Source: Podarcis melisellensis
Lineage: Eukaryota
Assembly (NCBI GenBank): GCA_964234715.1
Contig: OZ174280.1
Reading direction: 5' to 3' (one strand)
DNA length: 64,000 nucleotides
In this document: piece by piece, positions 22,901-36,592 of the stretch
Layout of the letters: each line of letters begins with the position of its first letter
Position numbering within the stretch: position 1 is the first letter of the stretch
Notes under the pieces: model-generated
Databases searched by the model: none
Seen by the model: the letters and a program-made list of their open reading frames with translations, nothing else
Told to the model about the DNA's origin: nothing
Program-made: the position numbers and the translations under genes

Positions 22901-25900
22901 GCTCTCATGTTTCTGGTTACTGCTCTTGCATGCACTACATGTTGCACTCTGATGTCATAAAGACAATTGCAGGTAGTCAGGCAGCCGAAATTGGCCTACT
23001 TCCCAACACAATGCTGATTTATTAAACTGCAATGGCCTTAGGGTGCTTTTGCATTTCCTAGGTACAGGACTAATCAAGCAGCAGCTCAGTGCTTTGGTTG
23101 ACACGGTAGTATCTGCGATCTGGTAAGAGTCAGAGCATTACATGGATAGGTGAAGTGTAACCACCATAGGTGAACTACTTTGGTAACCACCATAGGTGAA
23201 GCATAGTTTCCACCCAGTCCTCAGTGGAAGTGAGCTGGGAGAAGGAGTGCCCTCACCCATAGCTAATAGCCATAGCTGGTTTGTTTTAGTCAATGACAGC
23301 TATTTCCTCATCAGGTACCTCTGCTCTGTGCATCACCCTTGCTTACTGCATACCATTGTGGATTGCTCTAGCAGCAGAGTTGGTAAGAGGACGTTTCGTA
23401 CATTTTGCTGTCAAAATGCTCCCAGTTGCTGTCAAAATGATCCTAGCTCCTACAACCTGCTAAATGCCGCACTGTGAGCAAAGCCCATGCAGGTCTATCT
23501 ATACAGGTATTTAGAAATGACCATTATTATCCTTTGATTCTTACTCTTGTCATTTAAATTGGTGGAACACTGGCCCTGGAGAGCAACATATGAATAGCTT
23601 CCCAGTACTTTCAACAACAGTGTGTGTGATGCGCACATTGTGTAGCAGATATTTATTAGAGGAGTGATATGTTTATATGAACGTGGAGCATAGCTTACAA
23701 CACTTTTTCAGGTGAAAAAGTAGCAAGCTGTATTAATTAACTCTGATTATTGACATTACTTATAAAACCTGAAATAGAAGGCCTGTTCACTACCACATGG
23801 TGCTGTAGGAACAGAGGGATGTGAAGGGAAAGTCAGAAGGAATAACATACCTTCTGTTGACAAGGAGAACCCCATCAGAATTAGTGGGTCCTGCCCACAG
23901 ACTCTATAGCATAGTGCATGCTGACACATGTTATTGGGTAGTACTGTGCCCAAATTGCACATAAACCTGCACTTATAGCTTTTGTTCAGGAAGAATCCAG
24001 GACAGGTGCTAATGGTAGTTTTTAACCAACACCTTCCTATCGATATACCTCAGCCACTGCTAAGTGCAAAACAGGGTTGATTCTTACAACTTTGGTAGTA
24101 TAGTTGTAAGTTTTGCTGAGTGATAAATTATTTATCCAGGTTACGCTTGAATACACATCCAGGTGGAACATCCATACATCCATGAGTCATTTCTGTTAAC
24201 CTTCAAGAAAATAACTCAGATTGAATTCACATATGCTATTCACTATTACGGGTCATTTGCAGCTAGATATGATTATATGATAGATAATCTAACTATATTT
24301 TTCAAATTGTGGCCTGTGAGTGGCATAAGTAACAAGTACCACGTTGCTTTTGTACGTCTGTAGAATTATGGTTTGTTAACCTCTCACGCCATTCTGTCTG
24401 ACTATCCTTGGTATTTGAGTGTAAAAATGTTCTGGGTTTTTGTTCCTGCCGAAACTGTGGCTTGAATTGGGCATTGAACCACGATTTCTTAGTTGTGGGG
24501 TATCTCTTGAGCTCATGCTTTAAAATACTTGCCAGAGTACTTTTGTATTTATTTTTGTGAATAAAATGTTTACTGTTGAGGTTGTATTTTAATAACATCC
24601 TTGTACTCTTCTGTGTGTAGAATCTTTGTTTAACTTTTGGGACGCAAAGCGTCTGGAGAGTTGCAAAACGGAGCCCAGTGAAGAAATTCAGTGACCACAA
24701 TATGGGGCAAGAGCAGTGATGCCCAAGCGTGCAGCAATTAGAAGGTTTCAAGTGGCTACATATTTACGATCTTATGTAGAACATATTTACATATTTTTGC
24801 CACATGTCACTTGCCTTTCAGTGAACCCCACATCCACCAACAGCACAATGGTGACATTCCCAATACACTTATAGTAGTTGATCAGACATTTCTAAGACAG
24901 GACGTTTGCTGCATAGTATCAGATTCTAATGCTTCTGTTACCCAGTGGCACCCAGTGGTAGCAGAGAGCAACAGCTATAGAATGCAACTGACTAAAGACA
25001 TTGGGAGCAATCCAGAGAACATTTACCTTCTTAAATGCCACTGAAATCCTCAACTCTTTGAATTGATGGGGAACCTCAGATCTGGGTGCCAAGTTGGCCC
25101 TCTGATCCTCTCCATCTTACCTTCAGAACTTGTGCCAGGCTACATTCATTTTCATGCATCCTTTTTGGGTGTTTGTGTCTGGCTGGCATGTCGCCCATAA
25201 TTCTGATAATGCTTTACAGAGGTGGGTATGTGAGTGTGTGTAGAAATTAGCATACTTTGCCAAGCTAAAATTCACATTACTTGCTCTATCCACTTTCTCT
25301 CTCTTGCCCTACTCACCATTGGCATGTGCCTGCCCCCCACCCCTGCCATATTGCCCAGAAATCAACAAAAATACTGGCTGGAAAATGCTTCCCTATCCCT
25401 CCACTAGAGCTGTTAATTGAGTGCATAAGGCCCCTTGATTTGAGATAAATTCATATGCACCTGTTTTTCATTAGCTCTAGCCTCTTTTCCAACACCATAA
25501 GGTAAATGCAAGCTCAGAATGCATTAGGGTTATATTCCAGCAATTATACGTGTTCTTTAATTAAAGGTGTGTTCCCAAAAGGAGAGGAACAGCTTCAGCC
25601 TCTTTTAGAGCTCGCAAAAGCCAGGCGATCAGGTGAAGTCTTTCCTCACTCAGGCAGAGTTGTGGCATGAGAAACTGCACACCTGAGAAATGTGAACCTC
25701 TTTTTAGTGCCCTAGTTTAAAAAAACAAAACACAAAAAACAGAAAGGCTACCTCTTTTCAAACAATGTCACTTAGCAACTTAGCTTTAAAGGTTAAAATA
25801 TCATCCAAATATCTGCAGAAAGAGTGGGTGGTTCATCCTGCCTTGACAGCAAAACTCCCACCCATGGTTCCAGCTCTCAGTTGCGAGAAAGATGATGACA

Positions 25901-28900
25901 AATTTAACAATCTGAGTGCTTTTGTTTTATAGCAGCAAACCCATTCTCTGTATAACGAATTACAGGAAAACTTCAGCACTTTTCGAATGCATGGAAAAGC
26001 AAATAAAAAGCCAAACTGAAATGGTTAACAATGATTTGAAATGGATGTTCAGATTACCTTTTGAAGAAGGCAGAGTCTTCTTAATGCTTGAGTCCTGCAA
26101 ATAATGACAAGTAGGCCTGTCAGTCAACAAAGGTACCTGTGGGATTTTCTGCCTCAGGTGCTAAAATAACATGGCTGTTGTTAGATACTGTGCCCACTGG
26201 CTTGCAGGGGAGGGATTTCCACTTGCTTTTCCTCCTTATATGTTTGGTGACTGCAGCGTTTAGTGGTGGGCTGCATATACAACACTACCAGCACAAATAA
26301 AACTCCACCAACAGCCCTTTGGGCGAACTCTCAGGCAGATCACTTTTCAGCAGAAGGTTCACACACATTTAGCTACTTAATGAGGAAGTGATGAGACATT
26401 TAGTGATGTACACATATCTATTAAGATCAATGTACCTGACAATATGCTAAGAGGTACTACTAAGCATTAAAATCAATATGTGTGCAACTTGTCCAGAGCC
26501 ACTAATTGTTCCACTCAGTTGTGTGCAAGGAGAGCTGGATGAGACTCAGGGTCTCCAAATCCTGATTTCATAAACAACTGTTTTCACCCAAATCTATATG
26601 CATAAAAATAAAGGACAATCAATTTTCTTTCCAGACTGATTCTTTGCATCTAATCCCGCCCCCTCAAATAAGTTTCTATTTGTGTAAAAACTATGGTTAT
26701 CAGGATGAAACCTGTGTGCTGCCGCCAACATGATCAACTTTTGCAGGTCGTGCTGCTATAGTTGTGCCACTAAGTAGTTCAGTGTCAGGACCTCCCTCAC
26801 TGGCACACCATGTGTTCATGCATTTTGTCTTCCGCAGCTCAAAATAGCAGAGGCCAAAAGCATTAACAGAGCCATCAGTGTTATTTATCCAAGAAATGGC
26901 TTCAAAAAGAGTGGTCTAATGTTGATTGCTTTCTGTGAAGGACATTTCAGGATTTTTATTCTGATGCTTCATTTGCACCCTTTTGGTACCTTTTCTGCAC
27001 CCACGGCTGGAAAGAGCTTATTGGGTAGAGAACATTTGTGCCCTCACCCTCAGGGCCATGCAAAGCTGGTAACAGGCCCAGGCCAGATGGGAAATAAAGG
27101 CCCCATTTCTGCTTTTACTTATCTATATTTTATCTTGTATTAATGTTTTATGTATCTTCTTTAAAATATTAATATGTTGTGTTAAAGGATCCCCCTTGAC
27201 TCTCTTTACAATATCCTACCAGAGGGACTCAGAGTAGGCCTCCTGGAAATCATAGACCCATGCCAATTGGCTGCCCCACCCGCTGCCTCTGTTCGGGCCT
27301 GCTCACCCCCATGCCCTTTCAAAAGGCTTCATTGGGTTTTGTTTCAGGCACCATGCAAAACCTGATACTATATTTGGGGGGTCAGAAACAGTGAAATCTC
27401 ACCATCTTAGTTAGATAGACTAGCTGGCATGGTTACTTCAACCACCCCCTGCTACAATATATGCTTTTAACTCTCTTTATGGTATCTTAATGCATAATTA
27501 GTAAAAATGACAGGTGACAGAACTCAGGTTTGCTTGGTCATTACACAGTCTGTCCTTTCTGGTCATTGACCGTATTAAAGATATTTGATTTTTGATTACA
27601 CAGTCTGTCATGTACTCACAAGAAAGAAGGTTTTCCGGTTCATTCAATGGTGAGGAAAAACAATATGAACATGACTCTGTATTTTCCCCTCATATGTTTT
27701 GAAGCTAAGCCCTGGACATTGAAAACAATTTCTGAGAATTAGCCCCTTGGCTCAAGGCTAAGCCATGTTTTTTTTTCCTGGTAAGACACTGAAATGAATT
27801 TACACTTGAAGTGACTCATTACATTCAAAATTGAAATGCAGTTATGAAGTAGGGATGAAGTAAAAGATTAGCACCTTGATGGGAGATTCTGGTTTGGAAG
27901 TATCTTAATTTCCTGGAGCTTTGTTATGAATGCAAGGTTTTACATGAGCAGCAGGTTTAAGTCTTCTATTGTTTGTCCATGTGCAAATACAGCCAGGGGG
28001 ACATTTATGTGTGTGTGTGCACCCTCCTCCCTAAACATGATGTAACATGACTACATCCCCAAAGGCGTACTCCTCCATTGTCTCACAAGACAGACAGATG
28101 TCACCAACAACCAGGGCAAATTTGTACATATATTATGGACAATTCCTGTGATTGTTTCATGCCTTTCTTGAACTGGAAGGATTTCAGCAATCTATGTACA
28201 TGTCTCTCCCCCACCCACCATCACAATGCACACTTAGTGGTGGTGTGGCACATGGTATCTCTGTCCTTGCATACACACAGACCATGAACTGCCTTGAAGG
28301 CCTATTGACCCAGTTGGGTTGTCCTGGGATGCTAACCTCCAAGCTCATTAAAAACCTCTGGCTTCCTTACATATTTCAGGAGCAAATATATGTTTCAAAG
28401 GAGCCAAGTGGGAATTGTCAGTCCCTGCCAAGATCAGTGGTTCTTGACTCTTTATCAATTCTTGGCACAAAGAATAATAATAAAGATCTTTCAAACCATA
28501 ACATAGTGGTTAGTTTTAGAGGGCAAAGTTCACAGAGACTTGCAAACGACCCGACATGGTGAAAAGGGGTGTGTGCCAAAGATAATTTTCAGACATTACA
28601 GAAGCAATGCCAGCTAGATGTGCAGTTTCTCATACACAAACCAGCAGTGCCTATTTGTAAGATCTGAAGTGAAACTTGCAGGAAGATACATGACTGCTGT
28701 AGATGTGCGTCTCCTGCCATGCTAAGAGACAAAATACCTGCACTTGAGCTTTATTGGGCTCATTTGCGCTGAATGAGATCATTTGAATGTTAGAGAAAAA
28801 CACCACCCAGTTGTATTTTACATCTCCAGACACTCTTTCCAGTGATCCGCTTACATGTCAAGAGGCCACATGTGAAGACCTTACTGTGAAAGTCAGCCTC

Positions 28901-28992
28901 CTGCCAGATTCAGTACATTCTCTGAACCTTTTATTGAAAGATTCGGGACAGACAAATTCATGGCTTTGTTCTATCTCCATTCTCGAAGATAC

Positions 28993-29472
28993 GCTTCTGA
29001 ATACCAGTGGTTGGAAGCCTCAGGACAGTGCTGTTGAATTCAGGTCCTGCTTCCTGGATTCCCATAGGTGTCTGGTTGGCCACTGTGAGAACAGGATGCT
29101 GGACTAAGATGGGCCACTGGGCTGATCCAGCAGGCTCTTCTTATATTCTGAATGTCATCCAGATTTAGTGCACAGTTAAACCATAGAATTCACTGCCACA
29201 AGATGCAGTGAGAGCCACCAACTTAAATGGCTTTTAGAAGAGCTTAGATAAATTCATAGAGGATAAAGAAATCAGTGACTGCAATAATGTCTCTGAGGCA
29301 GTGGGCCTCTGAATACCAGTTGCAGGGAAATGCAAACAACAGAGGGCTTTTGCATTCATGCCCTGTTTGTGGGCTTCCCATAGCCTTTCCCACTTGGCCA
29401 CAACGGAAACAGAATTCTGGACTAATTGGAACTTTGTTCTGATCCAATAGGGATCCTGTAGTCTTATGTTCA
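28993..29472 (+). mobile_element. Two adjacent CR1 LINE 3'-end fragments
   Basis: Both contain ctgaataccagt...ggccac..aacag.atgctggacta...ctgatcca...cttat(g)ttc, the squamate CR1 3' end. The second also has gcttagataaattcatagagg. Confidence 0.7.
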
Positions 29473-29874
29473 ACTACATAGGCTACAAAAAGTACTTAGT
29501 TGATGGTGTGTATTTTAACTTTCTCTTCTGGCATGTATGCTGTTCCTTTGGCCATTCCTTGCTCCCACTCCCCCCCCCCCCAAAGTACTTTAAGGAAGTG
29601 GTGACATTTCTGTAATGGCATAGCTCATACTAACAGCAGATATTAGATACAGTGCTCAGGACAAAAAGCAAAATGTGCTTTATCTCTCAGCGGGAGCTTT
29701 ACATTCTTTTTAAAAAGAATACCTTGGCCAAATGATAGAAGGCTTCCTTCCAATACAAAAGTCACTTAAGAATTTTTTTTTAATCTGAAGTAGCATTTAT
29801 CTTGCCTCTGAATTTCAAACTAAAAAGCTTCTCTCCCCCTCCCTGCTCTGTTCAAAGGCTTATGCTGCAGTAGC

Positions 29875-29888
29875 CTGCCATCTTGTGG
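29875..29888 (-). promoter_or_regulatory. Candidate CTCF-binding motif
   Basis: Reverse complement CCACAAGATGGCAG matches the CTCF core consensus and lies in apparently unique DNA. Confidence 0.4.
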
Positions 29889-30230
29889 TCTCTAAAGCAA
29901 GTTTGAATTTCTACTTGCCTTCAGTTAGTAAGGAAACCCATTATATTTAGATGATAATGGAAACAACTTCAGTTTTTTAAATAATGCACAGGAAAAACAG
30001 AATTAATGTTTGTGTGAAACTACAGTATGTGCACTGGCTGATTAAGGCTGCAATCCTGTACCCACTTACCTGGATAAGCCCCATGAACTCCATGAACTTA
30101 TTTCTGCATAGACATGTATTGGACTGCAGTGTTGGGCATCCCTATTAGTGAGTTGTAGACTACAGCAGGGAACTTGCATATCATAATGTTCCTTCAAACA
30201 CACCAATGGTATATATTTTTAAATCCCTAA

Positions 30231-30231
<1 letters not shown>

Positions 30232-30277
<46 letters not shown>
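30232..30277. repeat. (CG)4(CA)n alternating purine-pyrimidine microsatellite
   Basis: cgcgcgcgc followed by ~18 AC units. Confidence 0.95.
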
Positions 30278-30279
<2 letters not shown>

Positions 30280-31567
30280 TAAAGGTTTTAGCCCAGCTGG
30301 TTTTCTATTTAAAGGATTGTTTTTGTGGGGGGTGGGGGGGAATGTCCCACAGAACTGGTACAGTTGAGACACAGGTTTACAACTGGGAGAAAACAAGGCT
30401 TTAATTTTCTAAAGAACATAAATATCTTAAGGCACAACACTATGCATGTTTACTCAGAATTCAATGTGGCTTACTCCCAAAATATAGGATTATACCCTTA
30501 ATAGTCTGTTTTCAAGAAAAAGTTACCTTCCATAGAGATTACAGTTGTCTTCCTCCCTTCGTGTTGTTTTTTGTTTGTTTGTTTGTTTTGTAGGCGGTAT
30601 CCCTTAGGGCTATAGTGCTGAGAATTCATAGTTGGAAGTAAGTAGTTTTTAAAATCATGCAGTTTGCTTAAAGAGTATGCATTGTCAGAACAGGTCTACT
30701 AGCCTGCGACGTTTTATGGAACTATTCATATTTTCAGGTATGCTTTTGTAAGCAAATTGTAAGCAAAACCGGTATACTATTATTAGGTCACATACATATA
30801 CAGTAAAGTATATGCCTAGCCAGCTAAAATCAGTAGGCTGGCAAGCTTGAGTCGGTACTAAATGTTCATATTTAAACTTTTATTTACTCCAGTGGAAAGT
30901 TGCATACATGCACAGGGTGGCCACATGCATATCCCTCAAACATCCAATTTTAAGTGAGACACCCCAGAATTACAGAAGCCATCCTGACTTGCGAGTCTAT
31001 CCCAGAATGTCCTGCTTTTGGTCCAACGCTCTCGCTTGAGTGATCTGGCTCCTGCGAGAGCTCAGGGACAAAAAACAAGCATCCCTATTTTGATCAGTTG
31101 GAGGATATGTACATGTATCACAAAAAAGGGGAAAAGGAATGGAAAACACCACCCACAAAAGGTCAAAAGATGCATACATGAACAGCATAAAGGGGCACAA
31201 ATAACGAGAGATTTCATCCCAGGCCTGCTTAAGCAATATGTAATATACTCTATCTGGCATTTCATATTTACGTGGTTAAGTAGAGCTCACATAAAATGTG
31301 TGCATGAATATAATACAGAGAAGGAGACTTCAGAGGGAGGAAGAGAGCAATTATTATAAAATGATACTTCATGTAGGTTCCCTTCATTAAAATAGTGTTA
31401 GGTTGAGATAGGAAGCATGTTGCAAGTAGTTGGAGTATCAAACTTCAAACTGGGTGAACCTGGACTACCTCATCTAAATAGAAGGCGAGCAGAGAACCCT
31501 CACATAATATTCATCCATCACCATCACCTCTGCTATTATTATTATTATAGCTCCCAAAGTTTATTAA

Positions 31568-31670
31568 GAACATAGAAAATTGCCTTATACTGAGTCAGAT
31601 CTATCTCATTGTTGCTGACACTGATTGGCAGCAGCTCTCCAGGGTTTCAGTCAGGGGACATTTCCAGCCC
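31568..31670 (-). mobile_element. Squam3-like SINE 3' part
   Basis: gaacatagaaaattgccttatactgagtcaga...cactgattggcagcagctctccagggtttcag. Confidence 0.6.
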
Positions 31671-31974
31671 ACATACCAAGAACATGGCAGCATTTCTTGA
31701 ACAACCAGCCCTGTGAAGTCTCAGCCTAGATTAGTAATTTGTTTTGTAACCCACTCATATACGCCTCAAAATGTAAGAAGGCTTAGTATCAACACTTACC
31801 CAGCCTCCTCCTCTGCGTCAACTGCTGAAAGCAGCTCCTCGGGAAACCTTGATCTGCCTGACTCATTAACCTGCTTTTAATTTCCATAGGAAGACACTTT
31901 TGCGAAAGACCAGCCCAGATCAAATACTCCACTATTCAGAAGGCATCAAAATGTCTTTGTGATGAGTGATACTT

Positions 31975-32125
31975 AGGAAGATGCTTTATGCTGAGTCACA
32001 TCAGTGGTCCATCTACCTCAGTACTGTGCATGTTGACTAACAGGACTCTTGACTGGAACATACCTGGACATGATGGGGATTAAACGTAGGACTTTTTGCA
32101 TGCAAAGTACATGCACTACTGCTTG
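31975..32125 (-). mobile_element. Squam3-like SINE (decayed)
   Basis: aggaagatgctttatgctgagtca...ggtccatctacctcagta...ggggattaaacgtaggactttttgcatgcaaag. Confidence 0.6.
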
Positions 32126-32819
32126 AAGGCAGAAAGGCTGAAGGCTAGACGTTTTGCTAGATGTTCGTTCTTGATAGCAAGCCCAGTGGTGAAGAGCCTG
32201 GTTCATCTTTCAAGTATGAAATACAGAAGGGCTCTGTAAGAGAGAGGAGGAGGAGGCAGAACAAAATTACCGGTGAATGTCTTACGTACTTGTTGCGAGA
32301 GTCAGTGTGCCTTGATGTTATGATTCATCTCAAATTATAAAGTGACTATTGCTCAGTAACACAAGCCAAGGTTCTCAAAGTGAATGGCTCTATATGGCCA
32401 GCATAGGCCACTTCTTGATACCTGCCATGAATCCGAGTGCCCATGACTCACTATGTGGAGGCTTCTTAATAAATAACTTGATGTGTCTGCACAGTTCCTT
32501 GAGGGAAAGGGAGATTTATGCCCGAATTTTCCCACTGCATTGTGACAAGGGCAACTTCCACAGGGTTCAGTCTGCTCTGGCAATATTGGCAGTGGAAGTA
32601 ACAAGATCAGCCACCCAACCCATGTGATTCACGGATGAGACCACATCATGTATTTGTTTGAACATAATGCTAAACCACAATTTAGTGTAGTGGTGCAGAA
32701 CCTCTGGCCTAATCAGGCCTGCAAATCCATTTTTAGCAAGCCATACCCACATGATTTCAGACATGGGAAAGTTCAAGGCAGGGTGGCTGTAAAAAGGAAG
32801 AATCAGAAGTGTACTCTAA

Positions 32820-33131
32820 GGGCTCATGCAGACTTCCTTTTGCGACATGCTTTCCAGGAACAGGCCCGTGCTTTAAGGCTCCATGTCTGAGCAGTTTTTG
32901 TTTCTCGTCCTAGTGCTTTCCCTGGAAAAACCCACATTTTACCACTGAATCAGAGCAAATGGCAATCCTTGGAAAACCCGACTGCGCTTGGCTCCAATTC
33001 AATGGTGAAACACAGGCTTTCCTGGGGAAATTGTCATGACAAAAAACAAGAAAGAAAACTCTCAGACACGGAGCTTTAAAACGTGGACCTGTGCCTAGAA
33101 ACACAGCACAAAAGGAAGTCTAGATGAGCCC
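32820..33131. mobile_element. Fold-back palindromic MITE, PIF/Harbinger-like
   Basis: TIR gggctcatgcagacttccttttg / caaaaggaagtctagatgagccc. Inverted symmetry extends through the whole ~310 bp. Left flank is TAA. Confidence 0.75.
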
Positions 33132-34010
33132 ATAATCTTCCTTTGCAGGCAAAATCCAAATGCGTCCGTTTTTGTATACCACCCTGAACAACTTGGAGAG
33201 AAACCTCGAGTCCTTCCTTCGCAGCCACAAAATGAAGTTACAACCAGATGATGCCGGATGAACTGGGAACCAAGGTATACCTTAAATCCAAATGATCCAA
33301 TTCAAACCAGTTATCCAAATAGCATAATGACTTCCGATAACCATGCTGAATGTGGAACGTAATGCTATAATGGATTCAATTTGTTGCTCACCCTTCCCCT
33401 CGCCCCACTTAAAGAGCCATGGGTGCTTTGGAAGCAATTTCCTACCTTCTTTTTAATCTAAGCAGTTACATAATGGTTTAAATTGTCAACTGCTTCTTTA
33501 AAAATATGTGGGGGGCTATAAGCAATTGCTGAAGGAGAGATTTGTCCCTCTGCTAAATCCATCTTCCCATTCAGTGGTTGGCTCAGAGTTGGAGTTCCCC
33601 CACAACCTACAGGGCATCAAGAGACCACTTTTGTCCAAGTGCAAGAATTAAGGGTACGATACTCTTCTCAAATAAGAAAATATTTTAAAATAAAGGAGGA
33701 AATTCAACACTGTGCTATGTTAAACGTTCCATCAGTAAGACCTTTTCAGCTTGCCAGATTGAATAATTCCTTCTCTCCTGCCCCCATGTGCTGTTCTGGA
33801 GGTTCTCCTGAACCCCCTCAAACCAATTTGGGGGGGCCAGGGGATGGGAAAGGAGGTGAGGAAGTCTCACTGTGCAACAGGGAGTCCTTGCACAGGGCAT
33901 CTACTGAAGTGAATCCCGCCCTCAGAGTTTTTTTTTAGTGCAGTACTAGCTTGGACTAGCTCAGTAGCAGCTCCTCAATGTGGCCAGCAAGTTTGGAATT
34001 AAAACAAGTA

Positions 34011-34236
34011 CAGTGGTACCTCGGGTTACATACGCTTCAGGTTACAGACTCTGCTAACCCAGAAATAGTACCTTGGGTTAAGAACTTTGCTTCAGGATGA
34101 GAACAGAAATCGTGCTCCAGCGGCGCGGCGGCAGCAGGAGGCCCCATTAGCTAAAGTGGTGCTTCAGGTTAAGAACAGTTTCAGGTTAAGAACAGACCTG
34201 CGGAACGAATTAAGTACTTAACCCGAGGTACCACTG
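34011..34236. mobile_element. Tc1/mariner (Tigger-like) MITE
   Basis: ta|cagtggtacctcgggtta...taacccgaggtaccactg|ta; perfect 18-bp TIR and TA TSD. Confidence 0.9.
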
Positions 34237-35753
34237 TATGGGAGAACGTGAAGTACTGTATATCCCTTCTTCTCCCTTGCTTTTCTGCTGTTGTTGCCCC
34301 AACCCAGGACAAAAGGGTATTCTGGTCAGAATTCCCATCCACTCTACCCTTCCAGTAATGCCAATAGCAGCAGAGTTCAAAAGACCCTTCCTCTCTCTAT
34401 CTCCTCCATTTGTTTATGTGCCCAAGAAAGCAGAGAATGAAATCTGCACTCCACATTAAATGTGAAGAGTTAATAGGGGTTGGTGCTGCCAGGGAGGTGG
34501 GGAAATGGAGGGCTACGGATCACCACCACAACAGTTCGGAACAAAACGTAACACTTTTGAGGCACTTTTGAAGCTTCCTTAAGTAAAGAAGAGCAACACT
34601 GTCATCCCCTTTCTATTGTGCCCTACTCTTTGGTTCTGTTGAGTAATTTGTAGGCCCAGACTTTACAGCCGTCCCTGTGTTTTACTTCACTTCCATCAGA
34701 ATGGGGGTTCAGTAGGCCCTGTTGCATTTGCTGTTGATTCTGCTGTGTGAGTCCCTTGACTTCTGCTCCAGAGTGCTGTCCTGACAGCACGATTGACTCA
34801 AATTACTAGCTCTTCACCGCTGAGCTTGAAATGGGAGCTTGCTGCTTTCTCTCTTTTTTCTGCCCAAATCCAAACAGCGGGCTTTCAGTCAGAACAGTTT
34901 CCTTCCCTGCAACATTGGGCCTACCATGTGGTCACTCCCCTCCACTGCTAGAACTCTTACATGTACCACCATGGCTACACACACTGCACATTTAAAGCAC
35001 ACAAACAGCCTACTGGAGTCCTGGGAACTGGAAATTATAGCTGGGTTATTATTATTTTTGAAAAAGGGTGAAGGATTTTGAGTGTGGATGGGGACCCTAT
35101 GTGACCCTACAGATTCCCTCGGTTTTGCACCCTCAGCAACCACGCACACCCTCTGTAGGTTACAAATATATGTAATATATCCTGCTTTGCTAGCACAGCC
35201 TCTGACAACTAACATTTTTCAGACTTCATCAATGGCAGGAGCCTGTCTAAAAGAACATTATGAAAAACCCTTGAAGCTATCCTGGTCCAAACATCTGTTC
35301 TTGCAAGGTTGCATTAGCAGGGCCATAACTGCATTAGAGTGGAGCTACAAATTCAATACAGTTGGAGATAATGGTGGTATAAGTGTTTCTTCATAGATGA
35401 TAGTCTAGTGGAGGCGAAATCCGGGAATCAACAGTTTTAAAAAACACAAAAAGCCAGGCTACTGTCAATGCCTTTAATGCACAAGGCATCAAAAGTACTG
35501 CGGAAACAATAAAAAGTCCTGTGGCACAGACCTGTTGTCCATTTGTGTTGCAGCAGAATAACATGGATACTCTTCTGGAATTCATTGCCATCAAAAGTAT
35601 TTCAATATAGGAGTGAAATCCAAGCCAGAATTTGAAGCACTTCTCAGTTTCAAATATTTGCCTTAAAAATGAAATAATTCTAATTGTAATGAAAGATTGA
35701 ACAATACCTTATTTACAAGCAAGTAGCATTAACAACAGGTTTAGTGCTGTCAG

Positions 35754-36189
35754 TTAGCGATGAAAGGATCTGTTGATTTTGGTTACCTCAGTTTCTCCAG
35801 TCTGAAATCTAATTCTCCACATTTCCCTCAGCAATTTGTGATTTATTTATTTATTAAAAAATCCTTATGAAAATTCATTGCATTTTAATGAGATCTCCCC
35901 CTCATAAAGACATTTTGCATGCAATTTTAATCAATGTAGAGTTTTGTGCAGGGAATTTCTCCAATATAATGTATTTTTGTATGTTATTTTGACTAATATA
36001 TTTCTTTTTACACACACTTCCCCGATATGTGCATAATTCTAAACACTGTTTGTATGAGAACTGTATCGTGAAATTTGGAAATGTGAATTTTGAAGGATAG
36101 CTGTGCTTTGGTTCACATATTTCAGAAAGTGTGAATTTGATAGATTCACCTTTGAATGTGAACTGAATCAAATTTCTTCCGCATCCTTA
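35754..36189. mobile_element. Decayed non-autonomous DNA transposon (TAGGGATG-terminal type)
   Basis: Ends tagcgatg / catcctta around an AT-rich interior. A similar remnant lies at ~42405-42657. Confidence 0.45.
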
Positions 36190-36592
36190 GTTGCTTACTT
36201 ATGGAGTTCAGTGGAACTTATTTTCAGGTAAATGTGTATAGGACTGAGATGTTGAAAATACCGACATTTTTCACAGGTACTTCCCATACTCCTGACTGGT
36301 TGCACTGTAACTACATCCCAGTAATATAAAATGGAGTCCTATAAATAAGAAACAAGTAGATTGCAGACAAATGTGATGTCCTTAGTATCATTACAGTATC
36401 ATTGATAATTAACAGGTGATTGAATACGTATCAGTTTTTAAGAGGACAATCCAAAAATAAGCTAAATGTTTCTACATATTAATGGGAGCCCCTCAGAATG
36501 CAGTTGTATATAAGTTTGTAAAGAAATTTATCTAGAGGAACTAGACAGGGATGCCCTTTATACCCTCTGCTCTTTGCTACTGTCATTTATCC

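Noticed and set aside
23146-23200. CRISPR-like repeat-spacer pattern
   Set aside because: Only two full copies with a few-nt spacer, in a vertebrate genome; it is a simple local duplication.
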